Positions 34,045 through 44,692 of a stretch of 64,000 nucleotides of DNA are shown here, in pieces. The stretch is from assembly GCA_014905635.1 (NCBI GenBank), contig JABVCE010000041.1, forward strand, positions 62,001 through 126,000. The letters run 5' to 3'. A program made the position numbers and the translations under genes. Position 1 is the stretch's first letter. Each line of letters starts with the position of its first letter. Origin of the DNA: Scenedesmus sp. PABB004 (taxonomy: Eukaryota). A model generated the notes under the pieces. The model was not told the DNA's origin, did no database searches, and saw nothing but the letters and a program-made list of their open reading frames with translations.

Positions 34045-37000
34045 ATGATGTGCAGCCGGGCCTACGCCGGCCGCGCGGCGGGTCGGGTGCGCAATTTCGG
34101 GGGCGCGGCGCGACCGCAGCGCATGCCCCAATCCCCACGCCGCGCGGCGGCGCCATGCGCGGCGGCGCGGCGGCGCCATGCGCGGCGGCGCGGCGGCGCG
34201 AGCCCGCGCCGACGGGCGCCGCCCCACCAACCCGCCGCGCCGCGCCGCCGCCCGCAGGCGCCGCGCTGCCCCGGCTGCGGCCATGGCGCCGCCGCCGTTG
34301 CGCCCGCGCGCCGGCGCGGCGCGGCCGCGGCTGCGTACAGCGGCGCGCTGGCGCCGCTGCCGGCGGGCGAGCCGCTGTGGGGCGGCCCCCGGGCGCCCGA
34401 GCAGCGGCAGCCGCAGCAGCAGCAGCAGCGGCAGCAGGAGCCGCTGCCGGCGCACGCCTGCGCGACCTACGAGCAGCTGAGCGAGCTGCTGGAGGCGCGG
34501 CGCGGCGGCGCGGCGCCGCGCGACGTGACCGCGGCGCTGCACCGCGCCTCGCTGCTTGCGCGGCCGGCGGCGCGGCGCGGCGGTGCTCACGCGCCCGCCG
34601 ACGCGGCGGCCGCGCGGCGGCTCGTGGCGGCGTGCTTGGGCGCGCTGCTGCGCGAGAGCGCCGGCGTCACGCCGCACGACCTCTCCAACTGCCTGCTCTC
34701 GCTGGCCGTCCTGTGCCGGCCGGGCGGCCCCGCCGCGGGCGCGATGAGCAGCGGCGGCGCCGCCCCCGGCGCGGGGGCGGGTGCTCGAATGCAGCAGGCG
34801 GCGCAGCAGGCGGCGCAGCTGGCGGTGCAGCAGGCGGCGCAGCAGGCGGCGCAGCAGGCGGGCGGCGGCGGTCTGTCGGCGCTCATCGCGCCGGCCAGCA
34901 GCCGTGCGCTGGAGCAGCTGCTGGTGGCCGCGGCGCCGCAGCACCAGCTGCAGCAGCTCCTGGAGGTGGCGGCCTGCGACGCGGCGCTGGCGGGCGCGGA
35001 GGCGCACCAGCTGGTGAACGTGCTGTGGGGCCTGGCCGCGCTGCGGCTTCGCCCCGCGCCGCACGTGGCGCAGGCGCTGCTGGCGGCCAGCCAGGAGCAC
35101 CTCGAGCGCCTCGAGCGCCTGGGCGGTGCGCGTGCGCGCACGGGCGGCCCGCAGCAGCGCGCGCCCAAGCTGCTGAGCCAGCTGCTGTGGGCGGTCGCCA
35201 CGCTGCAGCTCGCGCCGCCGCCGGGCTGGGCCGCCGCGTACTGGCGCGCCAGCGGCGGCCAGCTGGCAGCGTATGGCGGGCAGGACGTGTCGAACACTGC
35301 CTGGGCGGCGGCGAGCCTGGGCGCGGCGCCGCCGGCCGACTGGCTGGCGCGCCTGTGCGGGCAGGCCGCGGCGGTGGCGGGAACGCTCAACGGGCAGGGC
35401 CTCGCCAACACGCTGTGGGGCCTGGCGGTGCTGGCGCCCGACGCGGTGCCGCCGGCGACGCTGCTGCGCCTGCTCGAGGCGGCCACGGCGGCGGCGGCGC
35501 GCCTGGACGGCCAAAACCTGGCCAACCTTGCCTGGGCCGCGGCGCGCTGCCTGGCAGCGCCCGGGCGCGAGCAGGACGGCGGCACCGCCCGCGCCGCGCG
35601 GGGCCAGCTGCAGGCGCTGCTGGCCGCGTACGCGCCGCTGGCGCCGCGCCTGGCCCCGCGCGACTGGGCAAATGTGCTGTGGGCGTGCGGCCGCCTGCGG
35701 CTGGCGCCGGGCGAGGCGCTGCTGGCGGCGCTGTGGCGGCGCAGCCCCGCGGGCTTCAGCACGTCCCTCAACCCCCACAGCCCCACGCAGGCCGCGGGCG
35801 CGTGGTCGCCGCAGGCCCTGGCGAGCTGCGCGTGGGGCTGCGCCCGGCTGGGCGCGGCGCCCACCCGCGTGTGGCTGAGCGGCTTTGAGGCGGCCAGCGT
35901 CTGCCAGCTGCACGCGTTCCAGGACCAGCAGCTCGCCAACACGCTCTGGGCGCTGAGCCGGCTGGGCCACGCCCCGAGCGCCGGCTGGCTGTCCCAGTTC
36001 TGGCGCCACGCCGCGCGGCTGCCGCGCGCGCTGGCGCGGGCCGGCGCGGCGGCAGCTGCCGCGCCGCCCGCGGGCAGCGGTGGCGAGGAGCTGCCGGCGC
36101 TGCGGCAGCAGGCCGAGGCGGCGGCGCAGCACGTGGTCATGGTGCTGCAGGCGGCCGCCCGGCTTCGGCAGCCGCTGCCCAGCGGCTGGGCGGAGGAGGC
36201 CGCCGCCGCGCTCGCATCGGCAGCCGCACAGCCGGGCGTGTCGCCGAGGACGCTCGCCGCGGGCGTGCACGCCCTGTCACGGCTGGGCCTTGCCGAGGGC
36301 GGCAGCGGCAGCCTGCTGCTCGCGTGCGCCGGCCTCGACCTGCGGGCACCCGGCGGTGCAGCGCCGCCCCGCCTGGGCGCGAAGGATGCGCTGCAGCTGC
36401 TGGGCGCGCTGCCCGGCCTGGCGCTGGAGCGACAGCACGCCGCCGCCGCGGCCGCGCAGCTGCTGGCGCGCTGCCACGAGCTGCTGCGCCTTGGCGGCTT
36501 CACCCCGAGCCATCTCGTGCAGGTCAGCGCGGCAGCGGCGCGGGCGGCACGCTCCCTGCAGCCTCCCGCCGGCGCTGGCTTGACTGGCGACCTGACGGCC
36601 GCGCTGCAGTTGTGCTGTCACGAGCTGTCAGCGCCGGAGCTGGCGCAGGCGCTGGCGGCGGTGGCATCGCTGACGAGCGGCAGCGCCGCCGCCGGCAGGC
36701 GGCGCGCGGCTGGCTTTGCTGCCTCCGGGGGCGCCGCCGCGCGGCAGGCGCTGGGCGCCATGTCGGCTGGGCAGCTCGCGGCCGCCGCGGCCGGCCTGGG
36801 GGCGCTGGGGTACGCTCCCGACGCCGCCTGGCTGGAGGCGCTGCTGGTGCACAGCAGCTGCCAGCTGGATCGCTGCAGCGACGGCCAGCTGGTGCAGCTG
36901 CTGCATGGCGCCGCGGCCCTGCTGCGCAACTGCGGTGCGGCGGCGGGCGACGGCGGCACGCGCCACGCCGCGGCAGCATGGCTGCAGGCGTGGCAGGCCG

Positions 37001-37638
37001 AGACACGGCACCGGCTGCCCGGCTGGAGCCCCAGCCATCTCCTGGGCGCAGCGGCAGCGCAGCAGCGCATGCTGGCACTGATCCAGCCGCAGCAGGCGGC
37101 GCAGCAGCACGACCAGGCAGCAGCAGCACCAATTATAGCGCTGCTTGGCAGGCGGCTGCTGCCGTCGCCCGGGTGGCGGCACGCGTTCCTGGCGGCAAGC
37201 GCCGCGGCACTGCCGCAGCTTTCGGCGGCGGAGCTGGTGGCGCTGCTGGGGGCCGTGCGGGCCCTGGGCCTCGCGCCTGGGCCAGTGTGGTGCGCGGCGC
37301 TGGCGAGTGAGGCGGCCGGCCGGCGTGGGGCACTCGGCGCCCGGGCGCTGCGGCTGCACCACGTCGGCCTGCTCGCGCATGGCCTGCACAAGCTGGGGCA
37401 CGCAGTGCCGGCTGCACAGCGAGCGGCGCTGCTGGAGTGCGCGGCGGACGCCGCCGGCGCGGCCTCGCCGCAGCAGCTGCGCCAGGCGCTGCAGCTGTTG
37501 CGCCTGGCGGCCTGGTCGCCTGGCGAAGCCTGGGCGCAGCGCGTGTGCGGCACGCGGGAAGCGCTGCCGGCAGCTCTAGCGGCTGCCAGGCTTGAAAGCA
37601 GCTGGCTCCGGTCCTCTGAGCGCCTGCTCAGGATGTAA
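34045..37638 (+). CDS. Octotricopeptide-repeat (OPR) organellar RNA-binding protein, apparently intronless (~1170-1197 aa)
   Basis: One long ORF with repeated ~38-aa units: YGGQDVSNTAWAAASLGAAPPADWL, LNGQGLANTLWGLAVL, WSPQALASCAWGCARLGAAPTRVWL, FQDQQLANTLWALSRLGHAPSAGWL. TGTAA overlaps the stop. Start codon uncertain (34045, 34048 or 34122). Confidence 0.88.
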   Translation: MMCSRAYAGRAAGRVRNFGGAARPQRMPQSPRRAAAPCAAARRRHARRRGGASPRRRAPPHQPAAPRRRPQAPRCPGCGHGAAAVAPARRRGAAAAAYSGALAPLPAGEPLWGGPRAPEQRQPQQQQQRQQEPLPAHACATYEQLSELLEARRGGAAPRDVTAALHRASLLARPAARRGGAHAPADAAAARRLVAACLGALLRESAGVTPHDLSNCLLSLAVLCRPGGPAAGAMSSGGAAPGAGAGARMQQAAQQAAQLAVQQAAQQAAQQAGGGGLSALIAPASSRALEQLLVAAAPQHQLQQLLEVAACDAALAGAEAHQLVNVLWGLAALRLRPAPHVAQALLAASQEHLERLERLGGARARTGGPQQRAPKLLSQLLWAVATLQLAPPPGWAAAYWRASGGQLAAYGGQDVSNTAWAAASLGAAPPADWLARLCGQAAAVAGTLNGQGLANTLWGLAVLAPDAVPPATLLRLLEAATAAAARLDGQNLANLAWAAARCLAAPGREQDGGTARAARGQLQALLAAYAPLAPRLAPRDWANVLWACGRLRLAPGEALLAALWRRSPAGFSTSLNPHSPTQAAGAWSPQALASCAWGCARLGAAPTRVWLSGFEAASVCQLHAFQDQQLANTLWALSRLGHAPSAGWLSQFWRHAARLPRALARAGAAAAAAPPAGSGGEELPALRQQAEAAAQHVVMVLQAAARLRQPLPSGWAEEAAAALASAAAQPGVSPRTLAAGVHALSRLGLAEGGSGSLLLACAGLDLRAPGGAAPPRLGAKDALQLLGALPGLALERQHAAAAAAQLLARCHELLRLGGFTPSHLVQVSAAAARAARSLQPPAGAGLTGDLTAALQLCCHELSAPELAQALAAVASLTSGSAAAGRRRAAGFAASGGAAARQALGAMSAGQLAAAAAGLGALGYAPDAAWLEALLVHSSCQLDRCSDGQLVQLLHGAAALLRNCGAAAGDGGTRHAAAAWLQAWQAETRHRLPGWSPSHLLGAAAAQQRMLALIQPQQAAQQHDQAAAAPIIALLGRRLLPSPGWRHAFLAASAAALPQLSAAELVALLGAVRALGLAPGPVWCAALASEAAGRRGALGARALRLHHVGLLAHGLHKLGHAVPAAQRAALLECAADAAGAASPQQLRQALQLLRLAAWSPGEAWAQRVCGTREALPAALAAARLESSWLRSSERLLRM

Positions 37639-37673
37639 ACACCCCTGAAGTCACAACCTGGGCGTGCCCGTGC

Positions 37674-40600
37674 GCGCTCTGCCTGCCGCCGGAAGCTGCG
37701 CGCGCGCGGCTGCGAGCGTGTGCGCCGAGAGCTTCCGCGCGCCCGCGCCTGCCTCCCCGCCGGTGCCCGTGACGCCGCACCGTACGCGCCTGGTCGCTGG
37801 GCGTGGTCTCAGGGTGCTTGCGCGGGCGGCTGAACGCCGCCGGGGGCGGCGCTGAGCGCGGCAGCGACCGCGCTCGGCGGCGCGGTTACTCCCCCCTGCA
37901 AGCGCTCCAGCCTGGCGCGATAGGATGCTTACAGTGCTGTGAGCAGATCTGGGCCAGCTCCGCCCGCCTCGGCCGCTCTTCCCAGGCGCGCGCGCCCGGA
38001 AGATGAGAGATGGCCGTGGCCGCGCCCCGCCCGGCGCCTGGCGCGGCCGCAGTGCCGCGCAGATGGCCGCTACAGCTCGCTGTCCACCTCCTGCACCACC
38101 CGGCGCGCGCCGCGAGCCGCGCACTGAGAATTCGCGCTCCGGGCGCCCGGCATCATAGTGAACTGCAGGGTGTCCCACCAATCACGTCTTCGCGAACTGC
38201 GTGAATTGCGCCGTGCATCGGCGCCGCCCGGCCGCTACTTAAGCTCCGCTGCGCCCCGGCATCGCCAACAGCCTCTCAGCCTGCCCGCCCGAGCATAGAC
38301 GCGCACTCAGCGACCTTCAACACCGCGAGGCCACCGCCAAGCCGCGCTGCCCAACACGCTCGCCGACCTCTAGCGCCCCTCAATCCAAGCTTAGGCATCC
38401 AGGAGTCGCCATGAGCGCCAAGCTGCTCTGCGTGGCCGCGCTCCTGGCGCTGGCAGCCGCCAGCGCCAGCGCGAGCTCCCGCTTCGTCCTGGACGAGATC
38501 GACGGCCTCCCCGCCCGCGAGCTGCTCCAGGCCAAGCCCGACTGCACCCGCGTCAACGCCGCGTGCACCGCGTGCCGCAACCAGCGCATCCCCGGCACCC
38601 GCCGCTCCGAGCTGGTCTGCTCCACCTGCGCCACCGGCTACCGCCTGCGCCGCGACGGCGCGTCCAAGACCTGCGGTGAGTGGATCCGCTGCGCCAGCGC
38701 CGCGCTGGCAGCTGGGCGGTGACCGCGCGCTGGCCGGGCGTCACCCGCGCTGCAGCCTGCCGCCGCTGCCCGGGCTCACCCGCGCCTGCCCTGCCCCCTC
38801 CCGCCTCTCGCAGACTGCGCGCCCGGCTTTGCGTTCAACGGCACCGGCGCGTGCACCCCGTGCGCCGCCGGCCAGTACTGCCTGGGCGGCGATGCCCGCG
38901 TGAACCCCACCAACGGCGCCACGGACTGCCCCTCCGGCCTGTCCACCGCCTTCGCCGGCGCCAAGTCGCAGTCGCAGTGCTTCACCACGCCCGGCTACGG
39001 CCGCACGACCGCCAAGGGCGCCGACGGCAAGACCTCATTCGTGGGCCGCCTGTGCCCGGTCGGCACGTACAACGCCGGCGGCAACCAGGCCGACTGCCAG
39101 AAGTGCGGCAGCGGGCTGACCACCACGGGCACCGGCTCCACCAACTCCAGCGCCTGCCTGGCCCCCGCCGGCAGCTACGTTGACAAGTCCACGGGCAAGA
39201 CGTGCCCCAAGGGCACCTACACCAGCGGCCTCAACAACGCCGACGCGTGCACCAAGTGCCCCGACGGCCTCACCACCGCGGCGGAGGGCTCGTCCAGCGC
39301 CGCCGCGTGCACCCTGGCCGTGCGCGGCTACTACAAGAGCTCCTCCACCAGCGCCGCGCCCTGCCCTGCCGACTCGTACAACGACGCCGAGGCCGACATC
39401 ACCTCCTGCACGCCCTGCCCCAACGGTGAGCGCCGCGCTGCTGCACGCGCAGCGCCGCGCGCACGCCCGCGCGCGCCCGGCCTGCGCGCAGCGGCGCTCT
39501 GCTCGCCTGCTGCCGCGGCGCTCTGCCCTGCGTGGCCCGCGCCCGACGCCCGCCCGCGCCTCGCCCGCCGCCCGCTGCCCGCCAGGCTGGCGCACCAAGG
39601 ATGACACCGCCACCGGCGCCGCCCTCTGCATGGCGCCCCCCGGCTGGGAGCTCCTGGACGGCGCGTCCGCCATCACCGAGTGCGCGGTCGGCTCGTACAA
39701 GGCCGACTGGAACCGCAACCCCTGCGTGGCGTGCGGCACGGGCCTGATCACCGCTGACACCGGCGCCGTGTCCAAGGACGCCTGCCTCGTGCCTGCGGGC
39801 TGGGGCCTGGCCCAGACCACGCCCTCCCTGGTGGCGGTCAAGTGCGAGCAGAACACCTACGGCGACTCCGAGGCGCGCCCCGCGGTGGCCAACAGCCGCT
39901 GCCAGCCCTGCGCCCAGGACACCTACACGCTGGACTTCCTCACCTCCACGCCCCTGGCCGCCAACGCCACCTACACCAGCGAGCTTGACTGCAAGGTCAA
40001 GCCCGGCTGGGGCATGACCAACACCCTGCCCACCGTGTGCGCCGTCGGCAGCTGGAGCGCCGGCCTCTCGCGCGACGCCTGCACGCCCTGCATTGCTGGC
40101 CGCACCACCAACAGCACCGGCGCCACGGCCGTCACGGACTGCGTCATCCAGGCCGGCTGGATGCTGGGCGCCGGCGCCGTGCCCGTGCCCTGCGACAAGG
40201 GCTCCTGGTCCGCCGGCGGCGTGGCCGGCCAGGCCGACCCCACCAACTGCACCATGTGTGCCACCGGCTTCACCACCCAGGAGGACGAGTCCACCGTCGC
40301 CGGCGACTGCTCCATCTGCCAGGCCGGCTTTGGCTACGACACCGCCAGCTCCACCGCCTGCGCGCAGTGCGGCTACGGCAGCTACGCGTCCGGCGGCGCC
40401 GACAGCACCCAGGCCTGCACGCCCTGCGCGTCGGGCAAGACCTCGCGCCGCCGCGCCGGCCAGGTGCAGCAGTGCCTGGACCAGCTGGTGGACGTGAGCG
40501 CTGACATCCTCAACCTCGGCGACGAGTCTGCCTGGGTCGCGCCCACGACCGCCGCCACCGACGTGGCCGCCTGCCAGGACCGCTGCAAGGCCGCCGACGC

Positions 40601-41460
40601 CTGCATCATGTACCGCTGGGCGGCCGCGACCTCCACCTGCCAGGTGTTCAACGAGGACGCGGGCTCCTCCACGCTGGGCTTCAAGGTCGGCGGGGGCGCG
40701 GACTACGTGCTGCGCAGCAGCGCGCAGACCAGCGTGGGCGTGCAGGTCGGCACCACGCTGACCGGCTCCAGCCGCGATGCCTGCCTCGCGGCGTGCTCCG
40801 CCTCGTCCGAGTGCGAGGTGTTTGTGCTGCTCGGCGACGGCAGCTGCAAGCTGGCGCGCAGCGAGCTGGACGGCGACTACGTGAGCATGTTCCAGGTGGT
40901 GGGCTCCAAGCTGTACAGCGACATCACCCTCCCCGCGCTGTGAGCGCGTGTTTGAACAAACGGCGGCTGCGCGCCGCCCGCACTGTGATATGATGCGATT
41001 GTTTTTGCTTTTGCCTGCCTGCGCGCACCCCTCATACATGGCTCACCCTGCCCTCCATCCTCTTGGGCTTGGCTGCTACATATCAGTTCAGTTGCAGTGC
41101 TTCCTCCTCTGCTGCTTTGGCTCACCTTCCTTAGGCGCGAATGCCCCTTCCGCGGCTGCGCGAGTGCCTCGCTTCCTCTCGCCCGCTCACCCCACTCTAA
41201 CGCAGCGCTGCGTGTGAGAGCGCTTCCCTCATCTATTTGCCGCGGCGTGCTGCCCTGTGAGCGCTGCCCGGCTGAGCGTGTGGGTTTGGATCTTTGTGGC
41301 TGGCTGCCGGCTGGGATCCGGCGCGTTGCACAAGCGCAGCCCCCGGCGGCGCAGCAGCTGGCTGCTGCAGTTGGTTTGAAACGAGCGGCGCAGCTGCTGC
41401 CCTGGACTGGGCGGCGACACGCCGACGGCGCTGGTGGTAACCGGCTCCTGCTTTTCACAC
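37674..41460 (+). repeat. Right arm of the ~3.8-kb near-perfect inverted repeat
   Basis: Reverse complement of 26863-30647 with scattered substitutions and a small indel near 37705. Confidence 0.98.
38411..40943 (+). CDS. Secreted Cys-rich/PAN protein (744 aa); copy 2
   Basis: Exons 38411-38675, 38814-39425 and 39586-40943. Protein matches copy 1 except N>D (SRNAC vs SRDAC, base 27547/40776). Confidence 0.9.
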
Positions 41461-42189
41461 AACTGCGCCCACGCCGCCCGCGCGCTGAGCCAGCGCACGC
41501 GCTCAGCCAGCCAGCGGCCAGCGCGCCGAACGCCGTCCGCGCGCTGCAGCGGCGGCCCCCTCACGTACAGCAGCCTCAACATCATCTCAGCTTCAGCCCG
41601 GCAGGCCAACGCGCGCGCACCACGGGGGCCACCTGCGGGCCCGTGCGCTGGCTGCGGCCAGCACGGCCAGCGCGCGCTCGGCTCGGGGCGCCAGCGGCGC
41701 GGAAGCTTTCAGCAGCTTGGAACCGCGCGGGGAGCCTTACTGACGATCGGGCGGCACTGGCGCTGCGCTGGGGCAGCCTCCTCGGCGGCGCCGCGGTCGG
41801 CGCGCAGCCAACCGCCGCAGCAGAACCACTCTGGTCTGCAGCGCGCGCGCGGCGTGGCCGCCGGCCGACAGCGCCACGCCTCCCGGCCAGTGCCACTCCC
41901 GCGGCCACCACGCGCCCGTCCCGCGCACGGCCCGCTGCGCCGCGGTCGATGGTGCACTCGCCACCCCCGCAGCAGCGCCGAACGCAGTGGTGAGCGGCTC
42001 GCCAAACCGCGGGACGCACGCGCACTGGAGGGAGCGCTCTCTGCCAGGCGGCCGGGGCGCAGCGGCGCCAGGCGGCAGCAGGGCGCGCCGAAACAGCAAG
42101 CGTTCGCTCGCCGCCGGTGCCGCCCGCCGCCCGCACGCTGCAGACCGCCGCCGCCGCAGCCACCCGGGCTCCATTCACCTCTCATCATC

Positions 42190-44661
42190 ATGGCGGCGTG
42201 CCGCGTCCGGCGGCCTTCGGGGCCCGGCGCGGCTGGCCTGGCCCTGCTGCTCGCGGCTGCGCTGGTCGCCGTGGCGCCCGGGGGCGCCCGCGCGCAGGCC
42301 GGCGGCGCCGAGGCCAGCCAGGTGGAGGTTCAGGCCTACCCGCTGGCGCAGCTGCCCGGCTGCAAGGTCGCGGCGGCGGGCAGCTTCGAGCTGCCGGAGG
42401 GTGCGCGGCCGGCGGCGCGGCGCCTGCGGCGGGCCGCGCGCGCAGGCGCCGCCGCCGCGCCCGCGCCAACCGCCTGCCCGCCGCGCCCCGCGCGGCTGCC
42501 GCCGCCAGGACTGCTGGGATCCAACTGCAGCGTGCGCCTGGAGCGCATGGCGCCGGACGACCCGCAGGCGCGCGTGCAGTGCGCGCCACGGGGCGGGCGC
42601 CCGCCGCGGGGCACGGCGCTCCCGCCCACGCTGCGCCCGCCGCGCCGCCCCCGCCCGGGCGGCGGCGCAGGTGTTTGTGTTTTCCCTGCCCGCCGACCTG
42701 CCGCTGAGCGTGGTGCTCGACCTGCACGTCAGCGGCGGCACCGCGAGCATGTGCGGCGGCCGCCCGCACGCCGGCGGCGGCGCCGACGCCGCCGTCTGCC
42801 CGCGGCGGCGCCGCCCGTGCCCCTGCCGGCACCACCGCGCGCGGCGCCCGAGCCGCGCCGCCGCCGCTGGCCGCGGCGCGTGCCAGGTCGCTGTGGTACC
42901 CCGGCGCGAGCGTGGACGAGCCCCCGAGCGCGGTGCAGACGGAGCTGTTCAGCAGCCCCGCGAGCAGCGAGGGCTGGATCAAGATTGCGCCCGAGCTGTC
43001 CGCCAGCCAGGCGGGCAACTACCTGCTGAGCGTGACCGCCTTCAGCGGCACGCCCACCGCCACGCTCACCGTGACGACGCCCGGCGCACGCGTGACGCTC
43101 GCCGAGGGCGAGCGCGCGACGCTCGCGGGCCTGGCGGCGGCGTGCTGCGCGGGCGCGTCGCGGCCCGAGGAGAGCCCCTTCTGCTTCGTCGTGTGAGCCG
43201 CGGCGCAGCCCCCGGGCCACGCGGCCGCGCGCGGCGCGCGGCACGGCGCCGCGCCGCGCGCCGCGCCCACGCGCGCCGCGCCCACGCGCGCCGCCGGCCC
43301 GCAGCGCGCCCGAGAGCCTCGCGCCCGAGCACGGCTGGGAGGTTGACCTGTGCCACCTCGCGCCGAGCGGCTGCGACGCGGAGGGCCACCTCACGCGCCT
43401 CGCGCTGCCAGGGCTGGGCCTGAGCTGCCCCGCCTTCCCCGCCGCGCTGGCCGCGCTGCCCCGCCTCGCGCGCCTCGACCTCAGCGGCAACAACCTCGGC
43501 AACACCTCGCTCGACGACGTTGCCGCGGTGCGGCGCGGCAGCGCAGCGGGGCGCGACGCGCGGCCGCTCGCAACGTGCGGCGCGGCGGCGCGCAGCGTGC
43601 CAACGCTGACGCCGACCGCCGCCCCGGCGCCGCCAGGTGGTGGCCAAGCTGCCGCACCTGGAGGAGCTGGCGCTCGGCTCGACCGGCCTCACCGGCACCA
43701 TCCCCTGCAGCCTCGCCACGCCGAGCCTCAAGGTGCGCCGTTCCCCCCTGCGCTGCCCCGCGCGCCCTGCGCCCCGCGCTCCCTGCCCTGGTCCCGGGCC
43801 CCGCGTCCCTCGCTCCACAGCCCCCTCCATGCCCCCTCCATGCCCCCTCATCCCCGCCCCCCTCCAGGTGCTGGACCTCGCGTACAACCGCATCGAGGGC
43901 GCCCTGCCGCCCTGCCTGCTGGCCAGCGCCACCGAGGTCTACCTCCCAGGCAACGCCCTCTCCGGCCCGCTGCCGGCGCCGCCGCCCGCCAGCCCCCTTG
44001 TCACGCTCTACGCCAACCTCCAGCGCGGGCCCGGCCTCTCGGGTGCGCGGGTCGCACCCGCGCCCCGCCGCTGGGCCGCGCGCGCGGGCCCCGCCGCGCC
44101 GCGCCGCCGCTCAACGTGCCGCGCCGCCCAACGTGCCGGCACCGCGCGCCAGGCACCATCCCCGTGTCGCTCGGCAGCCTGCGCTCGCTGGCGTTCCTCA
44201 ACCTCGCCGGCAACTCGCTCGCCGGCGCGCTGCCGGGGCTGCCGCGGTCGATGCGGCTCTTCAACATCAGGCGCGGAGGGCAGGGAGGGAGGGCGCGGGA
44301 GGGGCGGGGGCGGGCAGGCGGCAAGGGACAGGGGTGGCCCCAGGCGGCGGGTGCCCAGACCGAGCAGCGGGGCGGGGCGGCTCACCCCGCCGCCGCCGCC
44401 GCCGCCACCGCTGCCGCCGCCGCGCCGCAGCGGCAACGCCGTGAGCGGCCGCCTCGGCGCGCTGCCGGCGGGGCTGTGGCAGCTCGACGTGAGCGCCAAC
44501 TCGCTCGGCGGCTCGCTGCCGGCGCTGGCGGGCCTCGCTGAGCTGGAGGTGCTGGCAGTCAGCGGCAACCGCATGGAGGGCCCCCTGCCGGGTGCGCCCC
44601 GCCGCGTCGCGCCGCGCTGGCTTGGCCGCGCGCGGCGTCCTGGGCCGCCCGCTGACGCGCC

Positions 44662-44692
<31 letters not shown>

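Noticed and set aside
34142..34199. 23-bp duplication lying near the geometric centre of the palindrome (~34161)
   Set aside because: It is a direct repeat of low-complexity sequence with no inverted symmetry, so the position is probably coincidental.
26863..41460. Palindrome as a transposon with giant terminal inverted repeats
   Set aside because: The spacer encodes no transposase, integrase or recombinase. The arms contain a host gene, the outer ends decay gradually over ~20 bp, and I saw no target-site duplication.
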